The notes under the pieces are model-generated. The model made no database searches. It was not told the DNA's origin and was given only the letters and a program-made list of their open reading frames with translations. From the human T2T-CHM13v2.0 reference genome, Homo sapiens: DNA of 64,000 nt. The stretch's first letter is position 1. Every line of letters begins with the position of its first letter. The stretch is taken from the NCBI RefSeq assembly GCF_009914755.1, contig NC_060935.1. The stretch is one strand, 5' to 3'. A program made the translations under genes and the position numbers. Positions 27,494-39,020 of this stretch are shown here, in pieces.

Positions 27494-28696
27494 ATCGATG
27501 ACCCCAACAGCAACCTTGAGGAGGCGATTAATGAGGCAGAGGCCATCACCTCTGTGAACAGCCTGGGAAGCAAGCAAGCCTTGAATACAGATTACCTTGA
27601 TTCTGATTACCAAAGAGGACAGCTTTACCCATTCTCCCTTAGCAGTGATGTCCAGGTGGCCACATTTACTCTCACAAATTCAGCCCCAATGACTCAGTCC
27701 TTCCAGGAACGGTGGTATGTGAATCTCCACAGCCTAATGGACCGGGCTTTGACCCCACAGTGTGGCAGTGGGGAAGACCTATATATCCTCACAGGCACAG
27801 TGCCCTCAGACTACAGAGTTAAAGACAAAGTGGCAGTCCCTGAGTTTGTTTGGCTGGCAGCCTGTTGTGCTGTCCCTGGAGGAGGCTGGGCCATGGGCTT
27901 TGTCAAGCACACCCGGGACAGTGACATCATAGAAGATGTGATGGTAAAAGATCTTCAGAAACTGCTTCCATTTAACCCTCAGCTGTTTCAGAACAACTGT
28001 GGTGAAACTGAGCAAGACACAGAGAAAATGAAAAAAATCCTGGAAGTGGTTAACCAAATCCAGGATGAAGAACGAATGGTACAATCTCAAAAGAGTTCTA
28101 GTCCCCTTTCTAGCACCAGGAGCAAGAGGTCTACTCTGTTGCCTCCAGAGGCATCTGAGGGAAGTAGTAGCTTTTTGGGAAAACTCATGGGCTTCATTGC
28201 TACCCCATTCATCAAGCTTTTTCAATTAATTTATTACCTTGTGGTAGCAATCCTGAAGAACATTGTCTATTTCCTGTGGTGTGTTACCAAGCAGGTGATT
28301 AATGGCATAGAAAGTTGCCTTTACCGCCTGGGCTCAGCCACCATCTCATACTTCATGGCCATTGGGGAAGAGTTGGTGAGCATTCCCTGGAAGGTGCTCA
28401 AGGTCGTGGCCAAAGTCATCAGGGCTCTCCTCCGGATCCTTTGTTGTCTGCTGAAGGCCATTTGCCGAGTTCTGAGCATCCCTGTCCGTGTCCTTGTGGA
28501 TGTGGCCACTTTCCCTGTGTACACCATGGGCGCTATTCCAATTGTTTGCAAGGACATTGCACTGGGCCTTGGTGGCACTGTCTCACTGCTCTTTGACACT
28601 GCTTTTGGTACCCTGGGTGGCCTATTTCAGGTGGTTTTTAGTGTCTGCAAGCGGATTGGCTACAAGGTTACTTTTGACAATTCTGGGGAGTTATAA
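27494..28696 (+). CDS. ENDOD1: Endonuclease domain-containing 1, coding part of terminal exon (400 aa, phase 0); the upstream exon lies outside the window
   Basis: Long ORF IDDPNSNLEE...DNSGEL* with DNA/RNA non-specific endonuclease motifs (YQRGQLYP, FTLTNSAP, YILTGTVPS, VAVPEFVWLAACC) and a hydrophobic C-terminus. Preceded by a polypyrimidine tract and CAG ending at 27493; stop TAA at 28694-28696. Confidence 0.96.
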   Translation: MDDPNSNLEEAINEAEAITSVNSLGSKQALNTDYLDSDYQRGQLYPFSLSSDVQVATFTLTNSAPMTQSFQERWYVNLHSLMDRALTPQCGSGEDLYILTGTVPSDYRVKDKVAVPEFVWLAACCAVPGGGWAMGFVKHTRDSDIIEDVMVKDLQKLLPFNPQLFQNNCGETEQDTEKMKKILEVVNQIQDEERMVQSQKSSSPLSSTRSKRSTLLPPEASEGSSSFLGKLMGFIATPFIKLFQLIYYLVVAILKNIVYFLWCVTKQVINGIESCLYRLGSATISYFMAIGEELVSIPWKVLKVVAKVIRALLRILCCLLKAICRVLSIPVRVLVDVATFPVYTMGAIPIVCKDIALGLGGTVSLLFDTAFGTLGGLFQVVFSVCKRIGYKVTFDNSGEL

Positions 28697-29760
28697 ACTC
28701 AAAAAACTAATAGTATCCAGTCACAGTGAATTTGAAAGCTGGAATAGTTTGTCTTTACAATGGGTTTCTGTTCACTGTCAGTTATCATTATATTTTGGCC
28801 TTTGGTGGGGATGTCTGCTTGTTTTTGCAAAAGAAGATGGCAGAATTTAGACTTGACAGAGGAGAAATGCTCAGGGTGAGATTAGGTGTAGTAATCTGCT
28901 GTTTACCTCCAGTTATATGTGCAAACTCCCAAGCCACTAATAACTTCAGTTATGCACTCTAACACAGACGACCACCTGAAATGCACTGGTATTTATTTCT
29001 GATAATTAAAAATTACAGGGGAGGGAAGAACTAGAAAAAGAACAACTTTAGACCAAAGGTGTCTGAGAAAAGGAGAAAGGGAGCTTGTTCTTCCCATTGC
29101 TCTTTGTGATTTAAGGCAAAACAGATTAAAAAAAAAATATGCAGCCAATTTCTTGGCATTTGCTTCTCTTTCTCCTCAACTCGACTGACCTTGGTGGAAT
29201 GCAGATAATGCCTCTTTGTTGAAATAACTTTGTGGGAATGTACAATTTTCTATATCTCTTAGCTTTCCGTGGTTCTCAAGGATATGTACAGTTTTCATTT
29301 TCCTCCAAAGTTGAATTTTGCTACATTTTTCTTTTAGGTAATGATAAGCATTTTTTAAAAAATCATTTTTAGGTAATGGTAAGCATTTTATGCCAAATGT
29401 GGCATAACAGAGTTTGAATTGAAGGGCAAAGTTTTCTTTTCTTTTTTTTTTTTGGCCCCTTGAATGGTATAATACAGTCCTCTCCGGTGGAAAGAAGAGA
29501 AGAGAAGGTGGACAGCCCTGCTCTTAGTAGGTGCTGCAGATCCAAGGACATCTTTTGTCCAGCTTGGATTAACTTGACGTGTATCCCTGCCTGACAAGGT
29601 TGAACTGAAAGATCTATATGTTAAGCTAACATGAAAATTCATATTCTGCAACATAGTAGATTTTTCTAATGCATGAAATAAGTACCCAGCACAGTAAAAA
29701 TACTCTGACTTATGTCCCTAAATGGTTGTTTTGATACAACTATATAGAAAAGAGCCACAA

Positions 29761-29766
29761 AATAAA
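29761..29766 (+). terminator. Possible proximal poly(A) signal
   Basis: AATAAA within the 3'UTR; another at 31027-31032. Confidence 0.3.
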
Positions 29767-31743
29767 GATAAAAGTTATTGTGGCCATCTCTGAAAAAAAT
29801 ATATAAAATATTTAAGAAGAATTATATCTTAGGAAATTATTTTTACAGTGTGTTTGAGGCTACAAACATAACTCCCCCATTAATACAAATTAAATGTGAG
29901 AGCTCATTCTCAAAATTTTTTTGATCAAGCACTTGTCATTTTAAATCTTGCACTAAAAAATGGTAACAAGAGGGACCAAACTTTGCTTCCCACAATTGGG
30001 ATGGAATCACCTGGATTTTTCTGAATGTTTTAAAGAATTGCTGAGAGGTAGAAACAGCCAAGTATGAAATACTGATCTTGGGGCTACCGCCCAGGATCAA
30101 TCAGAAAGTTATATGCAAAAATTCGGGGTCCCAACAAGGAGAGAACAATATGTCAACCATTTGCATGGGGTCGATGGATGAGAAACATGAGCGTAGCAAG
30201 AGTTACATTTTGCAGAAAAATAGCGGAGGCACACCCAGAGTAGAAGAGCAGCCAGCAAGCTGCCATCCTGATCAATTTGTGATGCAAGGTTAGGGAGTAT
30301 GAGCACCGCATGGGTCCATGCTAGGGAGATGTGCACCAGGCTTAGCTAAGAAACTTAAAGCAGTATTTTACCAACTCTTGTCTTAGGGAGCATAAAGTTT
30401 GGATGTCCCTTTATTTCAGCAGTGTGAAGGTAAATGGAAGGGTGAGGGTTTGACTTGGTACTGATTGGTCAAGAATCCTGCTGGATAAAGAAAAGGAATT
30501 TTAGAAGTGACCAGAGGGACAGTCCAGCCAAACTATTATTTGATAAGGAACCCAAGGCCCTGGGAGGCAACAGGCTAGCCCTTAGTTTCATGGCTAGCTG
30601 AGAGCAGATTAGGAGCCAACGTTGTTTGCACATGTCCCATCACACCTGAGATGTCAGACATGGGAAGTTCGTGCTATTATTCAGTTGCCTCTCTGGACCA
30701 TGGCAAGATTTCCTCATTCATCAAACAGACTCCAGGCCCTGACAAAGCAGTTGGATTTGGCATGTGTGATGAAAACAATTAGCCATCCATGTACAACATT
30801 ATGCTTACTGCATCCCATGGAAACTTAATTCCCTCCTAGCACATATTTGCATACTGAAAGGTCCGAAAAGGGCATCCACGGCAGCTTGAGCCCCTTAGCA
30901 CCATGTAAGGAGCACAGCATCCAAACGGCTTCTTGAGAACCATTGGGGAATGTCTTTCTTTTTCACATCCAATTGTTTAGTGTCTATTTATTCTTGGGTG
31001 GCCAGTTTTGAAACCTAAAAAGGGACAATAAAGCAAAAAGTATCAGTAAGGATAGGTGGCTGAGACCCACTGCCCTGAGCTACTAGTGTGGCTGTGCCTG
31101 TGGGTCTCTAGAACCATCTGCATTGGACGTGAAGCCACAGCAGGTGGCTGGACTGCTGGCCTGTTCCTAATGAGCTACGCTGGGCTTTGAGGTAGAGGTT
31201 GGGGTTTATGAACCCCAACTCTGGCTTAAAGATCTTGCTGTGGCTCTGTTATGTTCTGAGGCCTTGGGATTAGCCTCTTCCTCATTACGGAGCTGATTTT
31301 CTAGTCTGTGGATCAGCTATGCCTTTGGACACTTCTCTTTTCCATTGTGCCTTTTGAATGTTGTCTTCTCACTCAGCATCAGCACTTCGATCTAAATGCA
31401 GACTAGGGAGTTGGGAGGAGGAACCAAAGTGAACCATCCTTCATTTATTCAGTCATTCGTTCATCTGTCAAACACGTATTTGGACATCAAGGTTGCAGAG
31501 ATGAACAATGCATGGATTTCATCTTTGAGGAGTTCAAAACCTAGTGGAGAGAACACATGGTACAATCGTAACACATGAAGGACAAGTAAGTGCTGCAGTA
31601 AAGGTACTAATAACATGTTCCTTGGAACAGAGGAAGAAAAACCACGAAACCATGGAAATTAGGGAAGCCTTTACAGAGGGTGTGACAAAACTCAATTTGA
31701 CATTTTCAAGCTATGTACAATGATGTGCACCTTGCAGATGCTC

Positions 31744-31749
31744 AATAAA
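31744..31749 (+). terminator. Distal polyadenylation signal
   Basis: AATAAA with upstream TGTA (31714-31717) and a CA about 12 nt downstream. Confidence 0.75.
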
Positions 31750-34641
31750 GTAATTACTGACAACTCGTTAGCAGTTCTGTAAAATATCTAAAAGGGGAGA
31801 ATCCTAATAGTTGAAATGAGGCTTGGGGACTGTGAATTGTTGCCATTTTCTTCTTGATCCGCATTAATTCAAGCAGCTTCCAGTGACTGGCTTTTGTTCA
31901 TTTCTTTAAAAGTTTGCATCATACATGAAAAAACAGAGAGGTCTGGATCAGTGAAACAGGACTTAGAACTATTTTTTAATGTTATTGCTCTGCAAAGTAT
32001 TTGGGACAATAAGTGTTTTTGATATCTTGCATAATTAAGCACCAAAGACTTACTGCTTCACTGAATCTGAATCACATAGAAAATTATAGAAATACTTTTA
32101 TTAGTTTGTTTATTCATTAGGAAGCTCCCACAGTGAGAGAAATTACAAGCAGTCTCTGACGGGGGCTGGTCCTCTCTGTGGCCTTTAGTAGGGTGATCCT
32201 CTTGGGTGGAGGTGGCAGTAATTCTTGGCTGCCTTCCCAGTGTGGGCAGCATCTTGCCTAAGCTCACCACAGAATACGTGTTTGTCCAAATGTTACACTA
32301 CAAGCCATATAGTGTGGACTGCTTGCTTTTCATTAATGGGTTCTCAGTCTTCCCATTGTCTCTCTTTGTAGGTATTTTCCCCCAGGTCATGGATTGATGT
32401 CTAACTCCAAATCAATTTTTAAGCTTAAATTTCAACAAAGAAAGTGCTTATAACCACTTGTCATCCTCAATTATCCATTGTGAGGAGGTGGATGTAAGAT
32501 GACTTCTGGAGGCCAGTACTTCCTAATGATTAAGAGCCCACGCTCTAGAGTCAAAATGATGTAGGCACAAATCCTGGCTTCCCCACTTATTGTGTGATCT
32601 TCAGCAAGTTACTCACCTCGGCTTTCTCATCTATACAATTATGAGTACCTATCTCAAAGGGTTGCTATGAGCATTAAATGAGTTAATGAACATAAAGCAT
32701 TCATCACTTACCATGCTTGGCACATGGTAAGTGCTCAGCAAATGTTAATTGTTGCTAGATCTATTGTGGGCAATGATATTTACACTTCTTGGACAAAATT
32801 GGTTTGATGGTGCCTTAGAGGTTAGGATGTTTCTAGATCAACGCTGGAAGAACCAGGATCAAAGTGTGGTCTGGGAGTCAAAGTCATGAATGAAAATGAA
32901 GCAAGCCAGAACCTCATCAGTGGTGTCCATGAATCTGAAGGTACAGATGAGGGTTGGACCTGGAGTCTCAAAAGAGAAGGGTCAGAAAACTGAAACTCAA
33001 CATGTGTCCAGCACTATTCAGTTTTATCTCATAATCAAGCCTCCAAAATCCAAACACATTGTCAGCATCTGCTTTGAAGGTAAGCATTGCAGGTAGGATG
33101 AGGCAACCCAAAGATGGCATTGAGAAAGAGGCAGAGCCTCTTGGACACTGTGCCTGGTGAGTGTGGGTTGGTGGGGGAAAGGCAGGTGATCATTCTGATA
33201 CAGGGCCTTGGGGTTAACTAGTTTTAGTTGTCCTGTGACACTTTTGGGAAAGTCTTCAAACCTTTGTGAGATTTAATTCCTTATCAATAAAATGTGGGTA
33301 ATAAAAATATCACCCCATAGGGTTTTTTGTAAAGATCAAGTGAAACTAGCTTTGTAAACTATCAACTATCATAAAAATATAAAGATTCATAATTATAAGT
33401 TTCCAAGGTTGGTCCTATTTCTTTAAAAATTGGTGCATACTTCCATTTTTTTAAAGGTGAGTAGATGTGAATGAAAATTAAAGTGCTTATTCAGAAAGCA
33501 TAAATGGCTTAGCCAGAAATTGGGTTTGACAGTAAATGTTGAACATTATGCCTTGGGAACTTAAGATTCTCAGAATGCTGCCTCATCCAGCCTTGAGTCC
33601 TACTTTCTTAAAACCCAATCAATCCCGTTTTCAGTAGATTCCTCCACACACCTCATGTCCATTTGCTGTCTGGCTCGGCTGAATCATTGAAATGAGTAAT
33701 AGGCACTGAAATGAAAGACACCATATGAATCTTGTAAAACCTGAAAAGAAACAAGTGCGAGACAGTGAACAGTCCTGGTGAGTCTGAGAACTGGCAGAAG
33801 CTGCCTAGACCGCCCCTGGCAGCCTGCACACTCAAGGCCAGCCCAGGCCTGCCACTGACATCTGTCCCTGAGAACATCAGACAGCAGCTTCTGGGCTTTG
33901 TTTAGGCTGCACCAAGTGTGTGTTTCTCCAGCATTCTTGCTGATTTGGCATATCCAGATGTATTCTGTTTACTGCGTCTGGAAGGAAACTTCCAGGGGAA
34001 TAGAAGTCTCAAGTGAGGAAGTGGCAGGCTTATGTAAAGGGGAGAGTGCACCTGGAACACAGGAGCCCTGAGTTTCCCTCCTCTGAGTTACTGTACATTT
34101 TCTGGTTGTAATCACTGGTATATTTGCAAAACAAGAGAGGGACCATCTCTAGGGTCTTCTCAAATTGCAGGCAATAAATCCTTGCTTTTCAACAAGTACT
34201 TTCATATATTTGGGTCACAGAGATTCTGATTGCATTCTCTCAACTTATCTCTCCTATCTGAAGGTTACCAAAAGTCAGAGAAATTCCCTGCGATGTTATC
34301 AGGAAGGACAGGGAATGATACATCCTGAAAACATCGTTATTTTTATTATTATCATCAGCATTTCTTCTCCCCAGACTTAGAGAATTAATTAGCAGGGTTG
34401 CCATTAGGTGGTGGCCAACCTAAGAGTAAGAAATGTTAGTAATGCCCCTGGCTTCTATTTAACTCCCTCAGTAGCCTGAAGGGTTGCCAGAAATCTCACC
34501 ACTTGGCACGCTTCCTGTAGACTAGGAAAATACAAATAATCTGAAAGAAGTTAACACATTGTGTCAATGCTAGCAACTTAGGGTAAATGATTTTATGAAA
34601 TCCTTCCTACTAGCTGGGAACAATTCTACATGCAAGTAATT

Positions 34642-34894
34642 TTTTTTTTGAGACGGAGTCTCGCTCTGTCGCCCAAGCTCCGCCTCCCAGGTTCACGCCA
34701 TTCTCCTGCCTCAGCCTCCCGAGTAGCTGGGACTACAGGCACCGGCAACCACGCCCGGCTAATTTTTTGTATTTTTAGTAGAGATGGGGTTTCACCGTGT
34801 TAGCCAGGATGGTCTTGATCTCCTGACCTCGTGATCCGCCCGCCTCGGCCTCCCACAGTGCTGGGATTACAGGTGTGAGCCACCGTGCCCGACC
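34642..34894 (-). mobile_element. AluY with internal ~36-bp deletion
   Basis: ttcacgccattctcc, cgtgttagccaggatggtc; TSD caagtaatt at 34633-34641 and 34896-34904. Confidence 0.92.
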
Positions 34895-35176
34895 ACAAGT
34901 AATTGTTTTGATTGGTAAGAGGTATGGTGGGAATACCATATTGAGAGTCAGGAGGTGCCTGTCTTAGACCAGCATCCTGTGGAACTGGAGCCTTACCCCA
35001 AGTGAGCCCTTTATTGTAAGGGCTGGAGACAAAGTGAAAGACCCTGTAAGATCTTAGAAATCAGGCCACAGAATTTTTCTCTAAATGTCTAATATTAGAT
35101 CAGTCCATAATGGATCAAAGTAGAAATGCACACCTGAAAGAAATAACAAGCGTGTTGGGCCTATTGCACTCATAAC

Positions 35177-35397
35177 CAGTGGTATGCTGGTAAATGTTGA
35201 ACCACCAGCTTTCTGTGTTTGCGGGGAGAGCACCCTGATTTGTAATGTTTGCCAATTTCTGTGGTGTCAATATTTCCATCACAGCTGATGTCAAGCTGCC
35301 AATGTGACATCACTGAAAGCAGCATTGGGAAGAGATGTACACAGCCTGGGCTCCTGAGCTAGTGCAAGTCACTGGGAACTGGCTCCCCCATACCACT
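35177..35397. mobile_element. MER63-like hAT element
   Basis: Termini cagtggtatgctgg ... ccccataccact. Confidence 0.65.
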
Positions 35398-35718
35398 AAC
35401 TTCATCATCCAATTGAGTGCATAAGATACACAGAAGGAACATTTCCAGCAGAAAAGAATTGAACAGCTATAGTATGGCAGAGGGAGGAAAATCACTGAAA
35501 CAAATACTGACCATGCCCTTTTGAGTACTATTCAGGAGAGAGGAAGGCTTGACAATCTGAACTTTAAATATTTCGAAATCCAAAGACTACATCCCCAGCC
35601 CTGTAAAATAAATTCATAAGGTTATTTTAGCTCAGTGCCATTAAACAATAACTTATCTAATGCCTTATTTTCCATCCTTTTCCAGTCAAACAAGCTTCTG
35701 CTCATGGCCTGGCTTTCT

Positions 35719-36170
35719 TTTTTTTTTTTTTTTTTTTATTATACTTTAAGTTCTAGGGTACATGTGCACAATGTGCAGGTTTGATACATAGGTGTACATG
35801 TGTCATGTTGGTTTGCTGCACCCATCAACTCATCATTTACATTAGGTATTTCTCCTAATGCTATCCCTCCGCCAGCCCCCACCCCCACAACAGGCCCCAG
35901 GGTGTGATGTTCCCCGCCCTGTATCCAAGTGTTCTCATTGTTCAGTTCCCACTTATGAGTGAGAACATGCGATGTTTGGTTTTCTGTCCTTGTGATAGTT
36001 TGCTGAGAATGATGGTTTCCAGCTTCATCCATGCCCCTGCAAAGGATGCAAACTCATCCTTTTTTATGGCTGCATAGTATTCCATGGTGTATATGTGCCA
36101 CATTTTCTTAATCCAGTCTATCATTGTTGGACATTTGGGTTGGTTCCAAGTCTTTGCTATTGTGACTAGT
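35719..36170 (-). mobile_element. L1PA (~PA5-6) 5'-truncated insertion
   Basis: Poly-T tail; 19-bp TSD gctcatg(g/a)cctggctttct at 35700-35718 and 36171-36189. Confidence 0.93.
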
Positions 36171-36709
36171 GCTCATGACCTGGCTTTCTATGTTGGTTTG
36201 CCTCTATGGTCCAAGTACGCTGAACATACAGATTTCAAACTCTCTTGGCAATGCTATACTAAAGCAACTTGAACAAGTGGTTTTTGATTATGTTTTGGCT
36301 TCCTGTGTAGCTTAAGTACATAATGTACATAAGATGATAATGGGAGTGCTCTAGTCTATATATCAGCTCTATTTTTAATGTAAATTAATAAAATTTCATT
36401 GTAGTATTGTCCTTAATCTCTTGTGTGTCCTAGCATGAATCCCTTTCTTAGAGTCTTATTGCTTCCAGAAGCTCAGCAGAGCCCACATCTGAGCTTTCAA
36501 ATCTGGAAAATATTTCAGGTTGTGGTATTCAGACCAGCAGAGAGAATTCTGCACAGCCTTGGTTAGCTTTCCCTGAAATACCACTGCCACATTTCCATCT
36601 CCTGTCTCAGACTCACCTCTGAGCTCTGCAACCTCTGTCTGTGAATCAAATGTCACAGGATGTGTTGAAAATCAATAAAAACTCATCCTCTGCCATTGGA
36701 TGGCAGAAT

Positions 36710-37170
36710 GCATTAGTTAGGATACCTTTGCCTGCATGCAATAGAAACCCCTCTCAAACTAGCCTTGTCCCAAATTTACTGGATCATATAACAAGAATTT
36801 AGAAGGGGCCTCTTGAATCAGGGACTCACAAAATGACAGAACTCTATCCACTATCAACACTATCTTTGTTGTCTTCATTCTCACCTAGAGTAAATGATAT
36901 TTCTTCATACACTGTGAAGCACAGGGAGCTCTGAATATTCACCCTGATGGTCTCATATCTGGAGGAGGAAAGCTCCTGTGTTAGTTCTGGCTGGGAGAAT
37001 CCCCAGGAAGGTTTCTTTTTCCTAGTTGGGTACATGCAATCCTTGAGTCAATCACTGTGGCTGAGTGAGTGCAATAAGATGATTGACCCAGACTGGATTA
37101 TGGATCCATATGATGGTGTTGGTAGTTCTCATAGGAAGGACAGAGGAGAGGAAGCAAGATAGACATCCGC
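36710..37170. mobile_element. MLT1J-like MaLR LTR
   Basis: ttagttaggatacctttgcctgcatgcaatagaaaccc...caaactagcctt...aatttactggatcatataac. Confidence 0.55.
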
Positions 37171-38221
37171 AGTAGTCCCTCATAGACTGACTTACAGCTT
37201 TATTTAAGACGTATAATGATGCCCTTTCAATTTATTAGGTGGCTTTTAACTTGCAAAGCTCTTTCATGTTTATCAGTGGACTGCATCAGAACCACAGATG
37301 TGTTTGGTTTCTCTTAAAAACAGAAGCTATGGCCAGCATTTCCTCAAGGCCATAACAAGCTACAGCTGAGTAGACAGGGCCAGCATCCTACAGTTTGTCA
37401 TAGTCTCCATGGTGTCTCTATTGCCTCTCTGACCTGATCCACTTTGCTCATTTAACTTACTTACCTGGCTCCTGTAGCCTTTTGGGTTTGCTGATCCCCG
37501 ATGTGATCTCACGTCATTCACATCTATTCTGTGAACACTGATTATTCCCATTTTATTTTAAACCAAGATTCAGAGATTCAACTGACTTTCCTATGGTCAC
37601 ACAATTAGAAGGTGAGACCCAGAACCTAGATTTTAGAGATGAAGGCTGTTCAGTCCCCTGCACACGGTTGTAAGTTATGCAGAGGTTTCATATCTGCTAT
37701 GTGAAGGGAGCCCTCTAGGGTTGTGTAGTCAATACTATATGTGGAAGCCCTGAGGCTATTTTCCCTTCCATTTCACCATAGTCATAATACTGTCACAAAG
37801 TTAGTTGAAATAATGCACTTCCTTCAAAATTTATTGTAGAACAAGTACTCGTGACTAAGTAAAATGATAAATGATCAGATTGGAACAAATAATTCAGTTA
37901 ATTATATCACTAAGTCTTACCAGAGACAATAGTAAAACTTGTCTGACTTATGCAAATAATATAGTTAGGTCTGCAGTGGAGAACTCGCTCTGTAATGTCC
38001 ACAACTATTTTAGGAGTGATTTTACTGTCTTGAAATTTTTCTTGCTATACAAATAACCTTAATCTCCCAGTTTCCGTGTGATTAAAATGAGAGGTTTGCA
38101 CTCAGTTTTCTAGTGAGACAATGATGCTTAATCCTGATTGCACGTTAGAATTGCCGGGGAGGTTTTATTGATTTTTTTAACTAATGTTAGGGTCCCATCT
38201 CTAGTGGTTTTAAAATAAGCT

Positions 38222-39020
38222 TCAATAAAGAAGATATACAAATAGCAAAAAGTACATGAAAAGATGCTCAACCCCATTAGTCATTACAGAAATTCAACTT
38301 AAAATCACAATGAGATCAACTGTACTCACTATATAGTATAAAGTAGACCCATGCAAGGATGGCGAGGATGTGCAGCAACGGAGCTCTCATTTAATATTAG
38401 TGGAAATGTAAAGTGGCACAACCACTTTGGAAAGCTGTTTAGAAGTATCTTAAAATGATAAACTTACGTCCACCATATGATTCAGGCTTTCCACTCCTAG
38501 GTATTGATCCAAGAGAAAAGACAACATACATCAATACAAAGACATACCATGCAATGTGCATGTTCGGAGCAACTTTATTTGTAACAGTCCACAACCGGGA
38601 AAAAAAAAACCAAATGTCCAGCATCAGTTGAATAAACTATGGTATAACCATAAATGAATGCTATTTACCAATAAAAAGGAACTGACATATATAACCACAT
38701 GGGTAAATCTCAAAAAAATTATGCTGAGTTAAAGAAGCCAGACGAAAGACAACATATGATATGATTCCATTTGTAAAAAATTCTAGAAATGTAAATTAAT
38801 CTATAGTGACAAAAAGCAGATCTGTTTTCTTGGTGATGGGATGGGGAAGTAGGGGAAAGATTACAAAGGGCATGAGGAAACTTTATGAGATATTGTATAT
38901 GTTCATTATCTTGATTATAGTGAAGAGTCAGGATGTATATTTATGTCACTGTGCATCAAATTGATTGTTAAATATGTGCAGTTTATTGTATATCAATTAT
39001 ACCTCAATACAACTGTAAAC
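38222..39020 (+). mobile_element. L1ME/L1MD 3' fragment, inside a MER5-like element (~38110-39140)
   Basis: aaagaagatatacaaatagc...catgaaaagatgctcaac...aaatatgtgcagtttattgtatatcaattatacctcaata. Confidence 0.8.

Larger units (their letters stand above)
28697..31765 (+). other. ENDOD1: ENDOD1 3'UTR (~3.07 kb, Alu-free; end approximate)
   Basis: Follows the stop codon; U-rich tracts; ends shortly after AATAAA at 31744. Confidence 0.8.

Noticed and set aside
27806-28850. Antisense and alternative-frame ORFs overlapping the ENDOD1 exon
   Set aside because: Expected shadows of a real CDS; no independent homology
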